From IMG/VR virus record IMGVR_UViG_2711768053_000010: a stretch of 6,715 nucleotides of DNA, one strand, 5' to 3'. Source of the stretch: a virus. Its lineage: Duplodnaviria > Heunggongvirae > Uroviricota > Caudoviricetes. This document shows, in pieces, positions 6,051-6,715 of the stretch; positions within the stretch are counted from its first letter, which is position 1; each line of letters opens with the position of its first letter. Below the pieces are notes generated by a model. It saw only the letters and a list, made by a program, of their open reading frames with translations. It was not told the origin of the DNA and made no database searches. The position numbers were made by a program, and so were the translations under genes.

Positions 6051-6602
6051 TTAATTCTCGCTAATGTTCTGCGGTAATTCTGGCCATACAATCGCGGCAT
6101 ACGATGCTTTATCTGTAGCCTGGCTGAATGTCATCTCCCGTAACGTTTTTGTATAAATACGGCAGGCTTTCAGTTTTTCCCTGTCTTCGTCGCTGATTAA
6201 TCCCAGCAGCAGGTCTTTTTCCCATTCGCTGGTCATGATGCTGGCCTGTTTTAACAGTGCATCACGCTCATCTTCCGCTTTAAGTTTGTAGTCGAAGATA
6301 AAATTGCCATCGCGGTAAAACCAGTAACCAGGCACGGTAATACGGCGATTAGCGGTAATATCCGGAACTTCAATAACACTGGCATTACGGGGTTCAATGC
6401 CTGTCACATCCTTACCGACCCACACCACGCGCCCGTCCCCGGTGTAAACCATTTTTATTGTGTCGCTGGCAAAGTTCTTCTGTTCTTCATACCAGTTTTT
6501 GTCGTCTTCCGAAAAAAGCCAGGTGACACCATATTGTTTTGTCAGCTGATATTGTTCCGCGGTTTTCGGATTACCCGCAGTAATATTTTTTAAATGTAAC
6601 AT
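6051..6602 (-). CDS. Tail fibre assembly protein (Tfa / P2 gpG-like chaperone)
   Basis: 183-aa ORF directly after the fibre C-terminus. Its C-terminal segment ...ISDEDREKLKACRIYTKTLREMTFSQATDKASYAAIVWPELP follows the Tfa-family pattern (lambda Tfa: ...[36 protein letters not shown], from memory), including the terminal W-P-x-x-P. A hand count of line 6241-6300 gives about 43% GC, more AT-rich than most of the window. Confidence 0.8.
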   Translation of the reverse strand: MLHLKNITAGNPKTAEQYQLTKQYGVTWLFSEDDKNWYEEQKNFASDTIKMVYTGDGRVVWVGKDVTGIEPRNASVIEVPDITANRRITVPGYWFYRDGNFIFDYKLKAEDERDALLKQASIMTSEWEKDLLLGLISDEDREKLKACRIYTKTLREMTFSQATDKASYAAIVWPELPQNISEN

Positions 6603-6604
6603 TG

Positions 6605-6715
6605 TTAAACACTCGCCACGTTATACCAGGTGCCATTAATCAGTTTCTGAAGCGGTCGGTAATACACGCCGCCGATGTTATCTGCCGAATTACTTCCGGT
6701 TTCCTGCACATTAAT
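6605..6715 (-). CDS. Tail fibre protein, C-terminal fragment (5' part lies beyond the right window edge)
   Basis: Translated by hand: the minus-strand frame is open from the window edge to a TAA at 6605-6607. The 36 residues INVQETGSNSADNIGGVYYRPLQKLINGTWYNVASV closely resemble the extreme C-terminus of phage P2 tail fibre H as I recall it (...RPIQKYINGTWYNVAQV). The stop lies 2 nt before the start codon of the next gene, a fibre chaperone, as in H-G type pairs. Not in the supplied ORF track, presumably because it is edge-truncated. Confidence 0.65.
   Translation of the reverse strand: MNVQETGSNSADNIGGVYYRPLQKLINGTWYNVASV

Noticed and set aside
3377-6715. Invertible tail-fibre segment (Gin/Cin/Pin-type shufflon)
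   Set aside because: Both fibre genes and both chaperones are on the same strand, no inverted partial fibre copy is present, no recombinase gene is in the window, and I found no gix/hix-like crossover sites.
1-6715. CRISPR array, tRNA/tmRNA gene or integrase marking an attachment site
   Set aside because: No regularly spaced repeat-spacer structure, no tRNA-like TTCGA/CCA features, and no integrase-like ORF in any frame.

Overview
The window reads as a phage or prophage tail-fibre region. All seven supported coding regions are on the minus strand and form one tightly packed block running from 6715 down to 426, with 2-13 nt gaps or ATGA-type overlaps. In transcription order they are: the C-terminal end of a P2 H-like tail fibre (runs off the right edge), a Tfa-type tail fibre assembly protein, a second complete 690-aa tail fibre, a second chaperone of a different (DUF4376-like) family, two uncharacterised proteins (237 and 191 aa), and a 565-aa protein that looks like a fused baseplate hub plus central spike (VgrG-like). 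Positions 1-425 are non-coding and dense in short direct repeats and palindromes. No rRNA, tRNA, CRISPR array, integrase or invertase is visible. All homology statements are motif recognition from memory; nothing was searched. The candidates most worth follow-up are the terminal three-gene cassette (237 aa, 191 aa, hub-spike) in a non-canonical position after the fibres, the chimeric 690-aa fibre with an internally duplicated domain, and the repeat-rich left flank.
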